Source: a virus (lineage: Duplodnaviria > Caudoviricetes). From it: 24,741 nucleotides of DNA. The stretch is taken from positions 1 to 24,741 of IMG/VR virus record IMGVR_UViG_3300027734_000299. One strand, 5' to 3'. A program made the position numbers and the translations under genes. The notes below the pieces were generated by a model that saw only the letters and a program-made list of their open reading frames with translations, made no database searches and was not told the DNA's origin. Positions 23,799 to 24,741 of this stretch are shown here, in pieces. Position 1 is the stretch's first letter, and the number at the start of each line of letters is the position of its first letter.

Positions 23799-24541
23799 AC
23801 GTTAACTAATTTCTGTGATCCTTTTGGTTTGAGATTTGTACCATCTCTAAACCAATTACCACATGTTCTACATTGATAACGTTGGTATCTGCTAGTTGTA
23901 GTAATATTAAATCCACGTTTCTGTACGTTTTTAGATTGACAAGTAGGACAGCAATCAGTCGTACCATTAATTACATTGTTGTTAAGGTGATTTTTAATCC
24001 AAGGTTTAAATCGTTCATATACTTTTTCAAGAAGAATAACATCATTCTTGTTGTATGCTTCCATAATCTTCCATGCTTTAGGAATACCAGCCATACACTG
24101 TACCCATAACTCATGACCACTGTGTTCAGTCTTTTTACCTAATCCTAGTTGCTGTGCAACATAATCAAGCTTGTTAGATACAAATCTAAAGCGACTTTTA
24201 GCAACAGTAAGCAAATCAATTTCTTTAAATGGGGCAGGTGGGAACATGCCATGTAATAAGAATTCTTTATTGAGTGATGGGATATCAAATCGTTTACCGT
24301 TGTAATGAATGACGGCATCAGCCTCATCTAGTAATTTATGAATGCCTTCAAGCATTTTCTTATCACCAGATTTCTTAACAGAATCAAACATCATTTTTTT
24401 ATCACCCAACCATTTGGCTGCATAACACATAACATATGAAGATTCTTGTAATTGATTGATACCAATATTCTGATCCCATATTCCCCATACGTGTGCCACG
24501 TTGGGTGCCATTTCAATGTCTAATAGAAGTATCTTACTCAT
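23795..24541 (-). CDS. RNase H-like DEDD 3'-5' exonuclease with C-terminal zinc ribbon
   Basis: LLDIE (ExoI), HYNGKRFD (ExoII), YNKNDV (ExoIII), CPTC...CRTCG; AAGGAG SD. Confidence 0.85.
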   Translation of the reverse strand: MSKILLLDIEMAPNVAHVWGIWDQNIGINQLQESSYVMCYAAKWLGDKKMMFDSVKKSGDKKMLEGIHKLLDEADAVIHYNGKRFDIPSLNKEFLLHGMFPPAPFKEIDLLTVAKSRFRFVSNKLDYVAQQLGLGKKTEHSGHELWVQCMAGIPKAWKIMEAYNKNDVILLEKVYERFKPWIKNHLNNNVINGTTDCCPTCQSKNVQKRGFNITTTSRYQRYQCRTCGNWFRDGTNLKPKGSQKLVNV

Positions 24542-24550
24542 ATAGCTCCT

Positions 24551-24741
24551 TTACCAATAGAGTTCCATCTTATTATTTCTTTTTATTAAATGCCCTTGAA
24601 GAGTAATACGATGATCTCCTTGAACAATTTGTTTTAGTCCTGCTATTCTATGTACATTTAAACCATCATGCCATACAATTTGTTTTTCTTGGTATTCTAA
24701 ATGTTGTACATTATCTTTAGAGTCAAGCCAATCTATACCAC
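24551..24741 (-). CDS. 2OG-Fe(II) oxygenase-like protein, C-terminal part only (start lies beyond the window)
   Basis: Open frame ...GIDWLDSKDNVQHLEYQEKQIVWHDGLNVHRIAGLKQIVQGDHRITLQGHLIKRNNKMELYW*, with distal His and R-x-T motif. Confidence 0.55.
   Translation of the reverse strand, partial: GIDWLDSKDNVQHLEYQEKQIVWHDGLNVHRIAGLKQIVQGDHRITLQGHLIKRNNKMELYW

Noticed and set aside
22181-24109. Plus-strand track ORFs opposite nrdJ and the exonuclease (22181, 22251, 22482, 23873)
   Set aside because: Antisense to strong genes with no motifs; explained by the locally higher GC and stop-poor sequence.
24145-24327. 60-aa +1-frame ORF inside the exonuclease gene
   Set aside because: Isolated, no clear SD or motif. 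Worth re-testing only if the nrdJ nested ORFs prove real.
1-24741. Stop-codon reassignment, tRNA genes, introns/inteins, restriction-site avoidance
   Set aside because: Genes tile densely under the standard code with TAG and TGA used as real stops. No cloverleaf was seen, nrdJ motifs are contiguous, and GATC and GAATTC occur. Finer k-mer depletion would need computation.

Overview
A 24.7-kb piece of an AT-rich tailed-phage genome, most consistent with a podovirus. The + strand (1-21059) is one virion/lysis operon. It holds a head module built on a Mu-gpT/HTVC010P-type major capsid protein, fibre and adaptor genes, and a Gly-rich tail fibre. An inserted enzyme cassette follows the fibre (sulfotransferase, 2OG-Fe(II) oxygenase, APS-kinase-like P-loop protein, with a cupin nearby). 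Then come two holin-like genes around a SprT-like protease, a P22-like tail/ejection module (gp4-, gp10-, gp14-, gp7-, gp20-, gp16-like) and a DUF5675 putative endolysin. A UUCG terminator separates this operon from a convergent - strand nucleotide-metabolism block (class II ribonucleotide reductase nrdJ, DUF3310, DEDD exonuclease, partial 2OG oxygenase). The most unusual signals are: (1) four tandem same-strand +1-frame ORFs nested inside nrdJ, one with a strong SD and one with a canonical lipoprotein signal, matching a stretch of atypical codon use; (2) the possible hydroxylation/sulfation cassette beside the tail fibre; (3) a switchable structured RNA and a basic micro-ORF downstream of the capsid gene; (4) a 315-aa Lys-to-Arg-shifted zone in the large ejection protein; (5) a consensus sigma70 promoter predicting a leaderless mRNA. 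All family assignments come from motif recognition by eye; no database search was run.
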